Notes under the pieces: model-generated
What the model was told of the DNA's origin: nothing
Seen by the model: only the letters and a program-made list of their open reading frames with translations
Databases searched by the model: none
Program-made: the position numbers and the translations under genes
Source: an uncultured Thermoanaerobaculia bacterium
Lineage (GTDB): Bacteria; Acidobacteriota; Thermoanaerobaculia; Thermoanaerobaculales; Sulfomarinibacteraceae
Assembly (NCBI GenBank): GCA_964609835.1
Contig: CAZSTH010000006.1
Span: 5,379 to 69,378 of the forward strand
Reading direction: 5' to 3'
Length of the DNA stretch: 64,000 nt
Part shown: piece after piece, positions 42,790 to 52,098 of the stretch
How positions within the stretch are numbered: the stretch's first letter is position 1
Layout of the letters: the number at the start of each line of letters is the position of its first letter

Positions 42790-45700
42790 TTACTCCACAT
42801 AACCTAGAGCTTCGAGCTGTTTCCGCGTCTCCTCTGACAGCTCGGTCTCGTCCTGGCTGAGATCGTCCGACCACGCGGGGCTTGCAGCGATGAGTTGATC
42901 GAGCTCGTGGCGCAGACTCGCCAACACATCCGGCCGTTCCGCAACGAGATTCGTTCGTTGGTGAGGATCGGACTCGAGGTCGAAGAGCATGAACTGTGAG
43001 ACATCATTCCTTTTTCCGGTGAGAAAATCGGCGCCCGCGGTCGAGATCTCAGATACCTCGTGAACGCCGAGATCTGCGACCACGATATGCCGCTCATCTT
43101 TGTTGCCGGAGGTCACGTTGAAGGATCCCCGATTATTGCTGTAAAAGCGCCGCCAGCGCTCCTCGAGGTTGAGCTTGATCCTGAGGCGGGTCGAACCGGG
43201 CTCGAGGGGCAGCAACACGGTGTCCTTGACCACCTCGCCCGCGAGCCAGCTGAAGGAGGGCCGCCTGGCACCGCCGAGAAACCACCACAGCGAACACCTC
43301 GCGGATCCTCCAGTGACTGTCTCCGCCTCTGCGAACGCCGCCGCCGACAGCAGATATCGGCTCGAGATCATGGCCTGCCAGTACAGCGTGAGAAACAACT
43401 GGTCGCTGTGGCGCCTGAGATCGTAACCGACCAGACCGACAACGTCGTTGAATGACACGGCCAGCTCGTGCTCGGGCGTCAGCCGAGCAACCCGTTCGGC
43501 CGACTCTTCATCGCCGAGAATCGCCAGCTCGCGGTTCGCCTCGAGATGGCTCGGCACTTTGGCCAGACACGATTCCAACAACGACCTGCGCCCCTCGGCC
43601 CCGCTTTCGGTCTTAGCCAGGAAGAAATCGAGCTGTCCCTGCCCCGGATGACGGGTCGCGAGCAGCTCGAGGGCGTCGCGCACGTCGACGGTTGACCGGT
43701 CGACGCCGGCCGCGGGAAGGTCCTCCGGCCCGAGATCGCGAGTGGCGCAGGCAACCAGCCTGTCGCGCTGCGAATCCGAGATTTCCAGCGAGGCGCAGGT
43801 CGTCGGCGTTTTCGCGATCGACAGGCGCCCCTGATTGAAATAGAGAGGGTAGTCGACCACACCCACCTCGAGATCGTAGGTCCCCGGCTCGAGATCGGGG
43901 GGCACGGTCAACCACAGACAGTCATCCGCCAGCAGCTGCCGTTTCTCGAACGTTCGCTCCTCGAGGCGCCAGGGATCGATGAGAGGTCTCGGTTTGGCCT
44001 CGGGGTCCGGAAGCGGCCGGAAGAAGCTCGTCACCTCCTGGACGGCGACCCGACCTGCCCGGTCCACCAGCCGCCAGAGAACACCCACCCCGCGATCCAC
44101 GTTGCCGAGAACCCGCCAAACGGGGGTCAATCTGACGGTCTGGCCGCGGACCACCGCCGTGGGTGTCGCATCGAGGGCAGCCAGCTGCAGCGCATCGGTG
44201 AGGCGGACGGGCGCTATGCAGGACAACGACAATAGCGTTGCCCAGGGTCGCGAATCGCCGTGACCGTTTCTCCATACCCCCTCGATGCGCAATCGTCCGC
44301 CGTCCGGGGGCAACGGAAGAGGCGGAACCGTTCCTTCGAAGTCACCCGGCGAAAACTCGCCGAGCTCGACGTTTTCTTCGCCTATCGAGGCGCGCAGGGC
44401 GAGACGACCCTCCCCCGCGGGTCCGCGCAGAGTGCCGGCGAGCTTCACGGCCGCGCCACCGTCCAACACCGCCCGCGCGAGAGCCAGGGACTCCAGTGTC
44501 ACGTCCGGAGCCAGCACCACAGGCCATCGAATGCTGCTCCGTCCGGGCGCCGTTGGAACGAAGGTCGTTGGACCTTCCACCACGGACTGGTATTCGGTCG
44601 CCATCAGCAAGGCACCGCCGAAACGAGACCCTCCGTTGTAGACCAGGCGCCAACGACCTGAGGTGAGAGCCCACCCACTCTCCCCTCTCGAGGCGCCTTC
44701 CTGGCTGACCACAATCCGGTTCGGCGGCGCGGCATCGACGAGAGGCGAGTTGAGCATCCCGAAATCTCCGCTGAGACCAGCCATCACGAGCACGGTCGGC
44801 GCGATGTCGAGATGTGAGACCACCTCGTTCACCACCGACGGCCGGCGCCGCACGGTGTCGTGGACGAGGAGCGGAACGTGCAGGATTTCGTCGATCAGGA
44901 GCTTGCCGTGGTCGCACATCAGACCGTGCTCGCCGAGGGCCTCACCATGATCGCTGGTGACGATGAAGATCGTTCGCCGCCGCCGTGGCAACGCCTGCCA
45001 ACGCCTGAAGAAGTCGTCGGCGAGCGAGTCGGCATAGGCAATATTGGCCTCGTAGCGGCGCAGGTAGTCCGCCAGATCGGTCTGCAGCGAGGCCTTAGCC
45101 TGGTACCAGGGAATCCGCCCGATCACCGAGTCGCCGAGCGATAGACGGGCGCCGAAACGGGAGCTGTGCGGCAGATGGTCGACAACCGGGGCTGCATGGA
45201 AATCCGGTCGATCGAGAATCTCGTCGGGCGGCAGGTAGGGTCCGTGCGGCGGCCAGAAGTGGATGTAGACAAACGCCGGCCGGTTCGCGTCGGCTCCGGA
45301 TGCCCAGTCCAGGCACTCATCGGTCACGCGCGACCCCAGATCGTGATCCCTGGCGGCCTCGTAGGAGACGTGATCGAACTGACCCTCGAGCCCGTAGCTT
45401 TCTCCGATGGCCGGGTTGGCGGTGAAGAACCCGGTTCGATAGCCGCCGTCGGCGAGTGGCCGGGCGAGGGTCGATCGATTCTCGGGAAAGGCCTTGTTGA
45501 ATCGCCAGCCCTGGTGGGCGAGCGGAGGCAACCCGGAGAGCAGGCTGGTCACGGCAGGCCGGGTCCAGGTGGCTGCCGCGTAGCAGCGGGAGAAGACCAG
45601 CGATCGCGCCGCCAGGCCTGCAAGGAAGGGAGCCGTGTTCCGTGTATGGCCGTGGAACGGCAGTGATTTGGCGCGCAGGCTATCGAGAACCAGCACGACG

Positions 45701-45816
45701 ATATCGGGCCGTTCTTCCTCCCGAACGCCGCATCCCGCCAGACCTATCGCGACAGTCGACGCGCTCAGGGTGCTGATGAACTGGCGGCGTGAGATGTCGG
45801 TTCGATACCGGCTCAC
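42790..45816 (-). CDS. 1,008-aa Tat-exported lipoprotein with a sulfatase/alkaline-phosphatase-superfamily fold, split by a large insertion.
   Basis: The N-terminus is SRRQFISTLSASTVAIGLAGCG (twin-arginine motif plus lipobox). The fold motifs are IVVLVLDSLRAKSL and TSDHGEALGEHGLMCDHGKLL. The nucleophile segment reads ATWTRPAVTSLLSG instead of C/S-x-P-x-R. The sulfatase-type C-terminal motif FMLFDLESDPHQRTNLV appears only near residue 950. Confidence 0.75.
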   Translation of the reverse strand: MSRYRTDISRRQFISTLSASTVAIGLAGCGVREEERPDIVVLVLDSLRAKSLPFHGHTRNTAPFLAGLAARSLVFSRCYAAATWTRPAVTSLLSGLPPLAHQGWRFNKAFPENRSTLARPLADGGYRTGFFTANPAIGESYGLEGQFDHVSYEAARDHDLGSRVTDECLDWASGADANRPAFVYIHFWPPHGPYLPPDEILDRPDFHAAPVVDHLPHSSRFGARLSLGDSVIGRIPWYQAKASLQTDLADYLRRYEANIAYADSLADDFFRRWQALPRRRRTIFIVTSDHGEALGEHGLMCDHGKLLIDEILHVPLLVHDTVRRRPSVVNEVVSHLDIAPTVLVMAGLSGDFGMLNSPLVDAAPPNRIVVSQEGASRGESGWALTSGRWRLVYNGGSRFGGALLMATEYQSVVEGPTTFVPTAPGRSSIRWPVVLAPDVTLESLALARAVLDGGAAVKLAGTLRGPAGEGRLALRASIGEENVELGEFSPGDFEGTVPPLPLPPDGGRLRIEGVWRNGHGDSRPWATLLSLSCIAPVRLTDALQLAALDATPTAVVRGQTVRLTPVWRVLGNVDRGVGVLWRLVDRAGRVAVQEVTSFFRPLPDPEAKPRPLIDPWRLEERTFEKRQLLADDCLWLTVPPDLEPGTYDLEVGVVDYPLYFNQGRLSIAKTPTTCASLEISDSQRDRLVACATRDLGPEDLPAAGVDRSTVDVRDALELLATRHPGQGQLDFFLAKTESGAEGRRSLLESCLAKVPSHLEANRELAILGDEESAERVARLTPEHELAVSFNDVVGLVGYDLRRHSDQLFLTLYWQAMISSRYLLSAAAFAEAETVTGGSARCSLWWFLGGARRPSFSWLAGEVVKDTVLLPLEPGSTRLRIKLNLEERWRRFYSNNRGSFNVTSGNKDERHIVVADLGVHEVSEISTAGADFLTGKRNDVSQFMLFDLESDPHQRTNLVAERPDVLASLRHELDQLIAASPAWSDDLSQDETELSEETRKQLEALGYVE

Positions 45817-46661
45817 CAGTCATGCCCCTCTTCATACCCGAGGGTCACCAGGAGATCTCCGCAACGTTCTTTGACGAATGCCTGCGCGTCGGGCGTCCGG
45901 ATATGGTTCTTCCAGTCGCCGACGATGCCCTTGCGAAAGAGCGGTTTGAACTCGCGCGCGCGCCGCAGGTGATCGGCGAATGGAATCGGCTCGTCCACGT
46001 AGTGCGAGCTCACCATCGCGTCGTCAGGAATCTGCAGTCCGCTGAACCCGATCACCCGCTCGAGCACGCCGACGAAGTCTTCTTTCATCCCCTCGTAGGT
46101 GATCTTGAGGAAATCGACCCCGTCCTCCTCGAGCGAGCGCTCCGCCGCGAGAACTTTCTCGCAGCTCGTGATCGAGGCCTCGAAGACCTTGCTCTGCTTA
46201 AGGTATTCGAAGGTACCGACGTCGTCGTGCTCCTCAACCTTGTGCAGCTGCCGCTGGAGGTAGAGCTCGTTCGAGATGTATACGTCTCTCGGATCACGGT
46301 AGAGGATCACGGTCTTGGTGTCGCGGAAAAGGTGGCGGAATTCAAGGAAGGAGTGGATGTTGGACGGCGCCTTGTCTACCAGCAACCCTACGTGGGCGTG
46401 GCGCTCACGCTCGATCTCATACAGCCGGACGATCTTTTCTTCCGGCGTCAGACCTTCGTCCTGGCGGACGGCGAGGTACTGCTTGTCCTGTGACGTCTCG
46501 GCGTTCCACTGACGGTCGAGCGAGAAGTTCACGAAGTAGAGAAAGTCAAACTCGCGGGGAAACATCATGTGCGGCCGTACGGTGAGACCGTGAGCCAGCC
46601 AGCTGCTGCCGCACTTGGCCGGGTTGAGCACCAGCAGAAAATCCTTGAATACCCTGCTCAC
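45813..46661 (-). CDS. Sulfotransferase.
   Basis: LVLNPAKCGSSWLAHGL resembles the 5'-PSB loop and ILYRDPRDVYIS resembles the 3'-PB motif. The GTG start has GGAGGGGG upstream. It overlaps both neighbours by 4 nt. Confidence 0.75.
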   Translation of the reverse strand: MSRVFKDFLLVLNPAKCGSSWLAHGLTVRPHMMFPREFDFLYFVNFSLDRQWNAETSQDKQYLAVRQDEGLTPEEKIVRLYEIERERHAHVGLLVDKAPSNIHSFLEFRHLFRDTKTVILYRDPRDVYISNELYLQRQLHKVEEHDDVGTFEYLKQSKVFEASITSCEKVLAAERSLEEDGVDFLKITYEGMKEDFVGVLERVIGFSGLQIPDDAMVSSHYVDEPIPFADHLRRAREFKPLFRKGIVGDWKNHIRTPDAQAFVKERCGDLLVTLGYEEGHDW

Positions 46662-47461
46662 GCCCCCTCCCCTCCGCTCGCCGACGCTTTGGCAGATTGA
46701 CCGCCCGCAACCCCGGCCAACGGCTCCTGTGTGTACAGGCTGACCACCTCGTCCACCGGTCCGAGCGCCGTCAACCGGCCCGTGCTCAGCAGAGCCGCGC
46801 GCGTGCACAGATTGCGCACCGCCTGCAGATTGTGGGAGACCAGGAGCACGGTTGCTCCACCGTCGCGGAATTCGTTGATCCGCTCGGTGCACTTCGCCTT
46901 GAACTCGGTGTCGCCCACCGACATGATCTCGTCCATCAGCAGAACGTCCGGTCGCACGTCGGTGGCGATCGCGAAGCCGAGCCGGGCGCGCATGCCCGTC
47001 GAGTACGTCCGCAGCGGTGCGTCGATGAAATCCGCGAGGCCCGCGAAGTTGATAATTCGATCGAAACGCGCCGCCATGTCCGCGCTCGAAAAGCCAAGGG
47101 TCGCGCCGACCAGAAAGACGTTCTCCCGCCCGCTGAGCTCGTCGTTGAACCCCGCGCCGAGGCCGAGCAGCGGCGCCACCAGGCCGCGAACCACGACCCG
47201 ACCGCCGGTCGGTCGAAGCACCCGCGCCACCACCTTGAGGAGCGTCGTCTTGCCGGCACCGTTGCGGCCGATGAGGCCGAAGACCTCGCCCGCCCGGACC
47301 TCGAACGAGATGTCGCGCAGCGCCCAGAACTCACCCACCGCCAGCTGTCGCTTGAGCCTCCGGATCGCGTACTCCTTGAACGAGGTCACCTTCTCGTGCG
47401 AGACCCGGTAGCACAGCGAGAGTTCCTGGACGGCGATCGCGGGTCGAGGCGCGGTGCTCAC
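46658..47461 (-). CDS. wzt: Polysaccharide-export ABC transporter ATP-binding protein (Wzt/TagH/KpsT type), with no C-terminal carbohydrate-binding extension.
   Basis: FWALRDISFEVRAGEVFGLIGRNGAGKTTLLK, YSTGMRARLGFAIA and VLLMDE are present. At 267 aa it contains only the ATPase core. Confidence 0.85.
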   Translation of the reverse strand: MSTAPRPAIAVQELSLCYRVSHEKVTSFKEYAIRRLKRQLAVGEFWALRDISFEVRAGEVFGLIGRNGAGKTTLLKVVARVLRPTGGRVVVRGLVAPLLGLGAGFNDELSGRENVFLVGATLGFSSADMAARFDRIINFAGLADFIDAPLRTYSTGMRARLGFAIATDVRPDVLLMDEIMSVGDTEFKAKCTERINEFRDGGATVLLVSHNLQAVRNLCTRAALLSTGRLTALGPVDEVVSLYTQEPLAGVAGGQSAKASASGGEGA

Positions 47462-47462
47462 G

Positions 47463-48326
47463 TCACGCCCTCAACGCGAACTCGTGCTGGTTCTTGACGA
47501 AGATCCACCATCCTGCGACCACCGCGATCAGCGCGCCGGCGGAGGACACCGCGAGCGATTCGGCCGACGGCAGGACGCCGGCGTAGATCGGGTCCCGCCA
47601 GCACGCGAGGAGGTGGTAGAGGGGGTTCGCCCGCACCAACCACACGAAACGCTCCGGGAGGATATCCTCCGGGTACATCACCGGCGTCAGATAGAACAGC
47701 GCCCGCACCAGCACCCCCCACATCTCGACCACATCTGTGTAGCGGACGGCAACGGTGGACATGATGAGGCCGACGCCGAGGGAAAAGCACGCCAGCAGCA
47801 CCATGGCAACCGGCAGGAACAGGAGCGACCAGGACAGCCGCTGGCCGAGCACCAGCATGATCAGAAGCACCGGCGCCAGCGACATGGTGAGGTTGACGAG
47901 TGCAGTGCCCACCGACGACAGGGGGTAGGTGGCCGCTGGGACGTAAACCTTCTTCAACAGTGAACTCCCCCACACCAGCGACCGCATGCTCTGGGTAGTG
48001 CTCTCCTGGAAGAAGCCGAAGAACACGAGTCCGGCGAGCACGTAGACCGGGTAGTTCGGCACCGAGAAGCGGAAGATCGCCGAGAACGCGATGCTCATCA
48101 CGATCATCGTCAGCAGAGGGCTCAGCAACGACCAGCCGATTCCCAGCACCGATCGTTTGTAGCGGCTCTTGACGTTGGTGGCGATCAGGAGGCGCAGGAA
48201 GTCTTTGTAGCGCACCACCTCCAGCAGCCCGCTCCACAGCGGTCGCCGCCCCGCCGTCGACGAGTCGTAGACGAGCCCGCCCGCGGGCACGCCCTCGGCC
48301 TGGGCTGTGGTCGACCGCTCGTTCAT
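47463..48326 (-). CDS. wzm: ABC-2 type polysaccharide-export permease (Wzm/TagG type).
   Basis: DFLRLLIATNVKSRYKRSVLGIGWSLLSPLLTMIVMSIAF is the family motif, followed by six hydrophobic segments. The ATG at 48326 has GGAGGG upstream and an ATGA overlap with the upstream gene. Confidence 0.85.
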   Translation of the reverse strand: MNERSTTAQAEGVPAGGLVYDSSTAGRRPLWSGLLEVVRYKDFLRLLIATNVKSRYKRSVLGIGWSLLSPLLTMIVMSIAFSAIFRFSVPNYPVYVLAGLVFFGFFQESTTQSMRSLVWGSSLLKKVYVPAATYPLSSVGTALVNLTMSLAPVLLIMLVLGQRLSWSLLFLPVAMVLLACFSLGVGLIMSTVAVRYTDVVEMWGVLVRALFYLTPVMYPEDILPERFVWLVRANPLYHLLACWRDPIYAGVLPSAESLAVSSAGALIAVVAGWWIFVKNQHEFALRA

Positions 48327-50377
48327 TCGCCCTCCGCGCTGTCGCTGCGCCTCTTGGCGTGAAAACGCCGCCGGTTGGCCTCGTAGATCCGTTCGTACGC
48401 CTCCGGCGGCAGCTTGCCGAAGCTGGCCTCCTGGAAATGGTGGACCCACGCATCGCGCCGGCACCGGACATCGTACCCTGCCCGGCGGATGCGGCGGCTG
48501 AAGTCGTCGTCCTCGAACAGGCCGACCTCGAAGCGCTCGTCGAGCCCGCCCACCTCCTCCCACACTGTCCTCCGCAGCGCCGCGCAGTACAGGGCGAGCA
48601 TGGGAATCGAGAAGTCCTCACCGCGATGGTTCCATACGAAGTCGGCGGCCCAGTCCTCCAGTTCTCCCAGATCTTGGTAGCCCGGCTCCACCCGCGCTTC
48701 GTTGGCGACGCCACCACTCGATGGCCCCACCAACCCAAGTTCAGGAGACCCCATCAGCGCTTCCGTCAATGTGGACAGCCAACCCCGGCTGACGATGGTG
48801 TCGTTATTCAGGAAGCAGAGGATCTCCGATTCGCATCCGGCGAAGGCCTGATTGCACGCGGCGGCAAAGCCGCGGTTGTCATCGTTGAGAATCACCCGGT
48901 GTCCCGGCCGTCGAGCAACCTCGTCGCCGAGCCATGCGGCGGTGCCGTCCGTGGAGGCATTGTCCACTACCACCACCTCGTAGTTGGGATGGATAGTCTG
49001 CGATTCGATGCTGGCAAGGCAAAGCTCGGTAAGCTTGCGGTTATTGAACGTCACGATGCCGATGGTCACGGACGGGAAGAGCTCGACCATGGCCCGCTCG
49101 AGCACCTCGACGCGAGCCTCCCACGAGTTCTCGACCGCAAAAGACCGTCGCTCGGCTACACTGATGCTTTCACCCACAACTGCCTGATCGAGCTCTCTCA
49201 AAAAGGTCTCGATGTCGTCGGCCAAACGAACGAGTTGTTCGAGGCGAGCAATCTCGGGCAGGGAGGGCGCCACAACCTCGAGACCCAGAGCGAGCATCTC
49301 GTAGAGCTTGACCGGGTCGGTGGCCTCGGTCAGGGGCGTGCGTTTGAACGGTATCATTCCGACGTCGAAGGCTGAGGCCAGGCTCGGAAGCTCAGAGTAC
49401 TTTCGTTCGCCGAGCAGATGGACGTTCGGCAGCACCTCGAGACGGGTCACGTCGGCGCCCCAGGTGGACCCGATAAGGACGAATGACCAATCGGGCCGGG
49501 CCACGGCCAGCGATTCAACAAGCCCCACGTCGAACCACTCCGAGATCGCTCCGAAGTAGCCCACGATGGGCCGCGGCAATTCCTGCAGTTCCCCCGCGGT
49601 ATCCACGCGTCGCCAGTGCTCGGGGTCGCAGCCGTTCGGCAATCGAAGCACCGGGCGCCGGGTCGGTCGTTCCACTTCCGCCAGCCGCGCGGCCGTCGCC
49701 GTCACCAGATCAGCCTCGCTCACCAGGCGGTTGTCATCCTCGCCAACAGACCGAGCGGTGGTCGAGAAACCCTCGTGGAGATCGATACGGTCGTAGACGA
49801 TCGGCCACCCGTGCTCCCGACGAAGAATCTCCGCGAGCGGCCGCCAGCCCGGGCTCTGGCACAGGACAATCGCCGAGTCGATTCGATGGCTCGCCACCAG
49901 CTTGCGAATCGCATCCGCGGCCATTCGGATGTCGCCGGATGCCAGGCGTTCCTCGCCCACCCGTCGACTGCGCGACGCCGGCAGAAGCACTTCGTGAACC
50001 CCGGGCGCTTGCGGCTCCGGGTCGACGAACACCACGCCGCCTCCGCCTCCCTCGAGCTCCGTGCCGGCATAGAGCACCGGCCACCCACGGGCCGCCAAAC
50101 GCCCCAGGAGGTGGTGCGGCCTCTGTACGCGCAGCTCCCAGTCGATGACCGAAAGGAAGATGATCGTCGGCCGGGCGGGCGAATCTCCAAAATGTACGCT
50201 CGCGCCGGCGCCTAACGCTCCGCCGGTAGATCCCGCGACGAATTGTCCGCGGTCCCGGCCGCGTCCGATGACTCGGAGTATTGTCCGGCGCACCCGGAAC
50301 GGCAGGACCGTCGCCGCAATTGCCTTGACAGTAGCCACCGGGTGCCGGACCCGATGCCACCAGAGTCCAAGTCGCAT
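48323..50377 (-). CDS. Bifunctional glycosyltransferase with an N-terminal GT4-like domain and a C-terminal GT2 domain.
   Basis: The GT4-like part has TIIFLSVIDWELRVQRPHHLLGRLAARGWPVLY and VGMIPFKRTPLTEATDPVKLYEMLALGLEVV. The GT2 part has VTIGIVTFNNRKLTELCLASIESQT, VVVDNASTDGT and FLNNDT. The start is uncertain (ATG 50377 preferred, 50455 or 50608 possible). Confidence 0.75.
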   Translation of the reverse strand: MRLGLWWHRVRHPVATVKAIAATVLPFRVRRTILRVIGRGRDRGQFVAGSTGGALGAGASVHFGDSPARPTIIFLSVIDWELRVQRPHHLLGRLAARGWPVLYAGTELEGGGGGVVFVDPEPQAPGVHEVLLPASRSRRVGEERLASGDIRMAADAIRKLVASHRIDSAIVLCQSPGWRPLAEILRREHGWPIVYDRIDLHEGFSTTARSVGEDDNRLVSEADLVTATAARLAEVERPTRRPVLRLPNGCDPEHWRRVDTAGELQELPRPIVGYFGAISEWFDVGLVESLAVARPDWSFVLIGSTWGADVTRLEVLPNVHLLGERKYSELPSLASAFDVGMIPFKRTPLTEATDPVKLYEMLALGLEVVAPSLPEIARLEQLVRLADDIETFLRELDQAVVGESISVAERRSFAVENSWEARVEVLERAMVELFPSVTIGIVTFNNRKLTELCLASIESQTIHPNYEVVVVDNASTDGTAAWLGDEVARRPGHRVILNDDNRGFAAACNQAFAGCESEILCFLNNDTIVSRGWLSTLTEALMGSPELGLVGPSSGGVANEARVEPGYQDLGELEDWAADFVWNHRGEDFSIPMLALYCAALRRTVWEEVGGLDERFEVGLFEDDDFSRRIRRAGYDVRCRRDAWVHHFQEASFGKLPPEAYERIYEANRRRFHAKRRSDSAEGE

Positions 50378-50522
50378 CCCGCCCCCCCTACCACGTGCCC
50401 GAGCATGGTCGGCGGTCGAATCGGCTGGTGATTTCGGGTTGCTTTCGGACGGCATCTCCGGGGATTCTACAGCACGCCCGCTGTAACATTCTGTGGAAGA
50501 CCGGTTCCCGTAGAATGGATCA

Positions 50523-51881
50523 ATGAGCATGAAACCTGCAGCATTCGTAGCTCTCTCCACGGTTGTTTTTCTTGCGCTCGCCGGCGTCTGCATCGGGGCT
50601 GAAGACAACGGCCTCGAGGTCGGGTTAACGGCCTACGAGGACGGCGACTTCGAAACCGCTCTCGAACTCTGGGGACCGCTGGCCGAGGTCGGATCCACCG
50701 AGGCCCAGTACTACCTCGGCGTCATGTACTCACGCGGCGAGGGTGTGCCCGCCGATCCCGAGATCGGCGCCAACTGGTACAACCGCGCAGCCTCGTTCGG
50801 CCACGCCCGGGCCCAGTTCAATCTCGGCCTCGCGTATCTCAAAGGGGTGGGCGTCGAGCGCGACACTGACGAGGGCGCCAAATGGATCCTCAAATCAGCC
50901 CAGCAGGACTGGCCACCGGCCCAGCATGCCTACGCCCTGCTTCATGTTCAGGGTGTCGGCGTCGAGATCGACATGGAGGAGGCGGCAGCTTGGATGTTGA
51001 AGGCCGCGGAAAACGCCAACGCCGACGCCCAGTACGCCCTCGGTATGATGTACGTGCAGGGCCGGGGCGTCGAAAAAGGTCCGCCCGAGGGGATTCGGTG
51101 GCTGCAGGCAGCCGCCGCGCAGTCCCACCCGGAGGCCGTCTATGCGCTCGCAATGGCCAATCCGGCCCGCGGTTTTGAGGCTGATACTCCCGAAGCGTTA
51201 GAGAAGATCCGGGCCGCAGCCGACCTTGGCTATGCCCAGGCCCAGTACGACCTCGGTGCAGCATATGCGACCGGGTCGGCCGGTTTGGAGCAAGACGAGG
51301 CCGCGGCAGCGCGCTGGTTCCTCAAGGCCGCCAGTCAGGGTCTGGCTCGGGCTCAGTACGAGGTCGGCTATCTCTACGAGCACGGCCAGGGCATCGACAA
51401 GGACGAGTCGGAAGCCGCCAGGTGGTATTCCCTGGCCGCTGACCAGGGCGATGACAACGCCAAATATGCGCTCGGCTACCTTTACTCCTCCGGCCGGGGC
51501 GTCGAGCGCGACCTCGATCGGGCATTCGCTTTGATTTCGAACGCAGCCGCCGGCGGCCAGGTCCCGGCCCAATATGCCCTCGGCTTCATGTACGACATGG
51601 GGCACGGCACTGCTCAAGACTACGGTATAGCCCTCGATTGGTATCGCAAGGCGGCTGCCGGCAGTAACGCCGACGCCATGTTCGCGATCGGAAACCTTTA
51701 TGCGAACGGTCTCGGAGTCTCAGAGGATATTGTTGAAGCCGAGAAGTGGTATTGTCGCGCCGCTCGCCTCGGACATCAGCAATCGATAAAAATACTGCCA
51801 TGGGACAGCCCGGATGATGTTTGCGGTCCGGTCGATCCTCCAGAGTCGGCAGACCACCCTACCGATACAGAAATCGAATAG
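50523..51881 (+). CDS. Secreted Sel1-like (SLR/TPR) repeat protein.
   Basis: A signal peptide is present. About ten repeats follow, of the form AQYxLGxMYxxGxGVxxDxxEAxxWxxKAA. Confidence 0.85.
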   Translation: MSMKPAAFVALSTVVFLALAGVCIGAEDNGLEVGLTAYEDGDFETALELWGPLAEVGSTEAQYYLGVMYSRGEGVPADPEIGANWYNRAASFGHARAQFNLGLAYLKGVGVERDTDEGAKWILKSAQQDWPPAQHAYALLHVQGVGVEIDMEEAAAWMLKAAENANADAQYALGMMYVQGRGVEKGPPEGIRWLQAAAAQSHPEAVYALAMANPARGFEADTPEALEKIRAAADLGYAQAQYDLGAAYATGSAGLEQDEAAAARWFLKAASQGLARAQYEVGYLYEHGQGIDKDESEAARWYSLAADQGDDNAKYALGYLYSSGRGVERDLDRAFALISNAAAGGQVPAQYALGFMYDMGHGTAQDYGIALDWYRKAAAGSNADAMFAIGNLYANGLGVSEDIVEAEKWYCRAARLGHQQSIKILPWDSPDDVCGPVDPPESADHPTDTEIE

Positions 51882-51941
51882 CCCGCTCCGCCCAGACATT
51901 GCGCCGATTCCAATGGACAGAGTGTCGCCATCGTCAGAAAT

Positions 51942-51957
51942 AGGTAATTTATTACCT
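51942..51957. promoter_or_regulatory. Perfect 16-bp AT-rich palindrome, a candidate operator.
   Basis: AGGTAAT-TT-ATTACCT sits in a strikingly AT-rich 215-bp intergenic region upstream of 52099..52932. Confidence 0.4.
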
Positions 51958-52098
51958 GGGCCTGATAAATTTAATTGAAAATCGGAGCAAGAAGTGAAAC
52001 AATAAATGTACACAGAAAAGGTCGCGATCGGCCGGAGTTTCCCACCTAATGTTGGCAGAAATTGATGGATGACCGAACCTGAAAAGGAGGCGAAAGCT

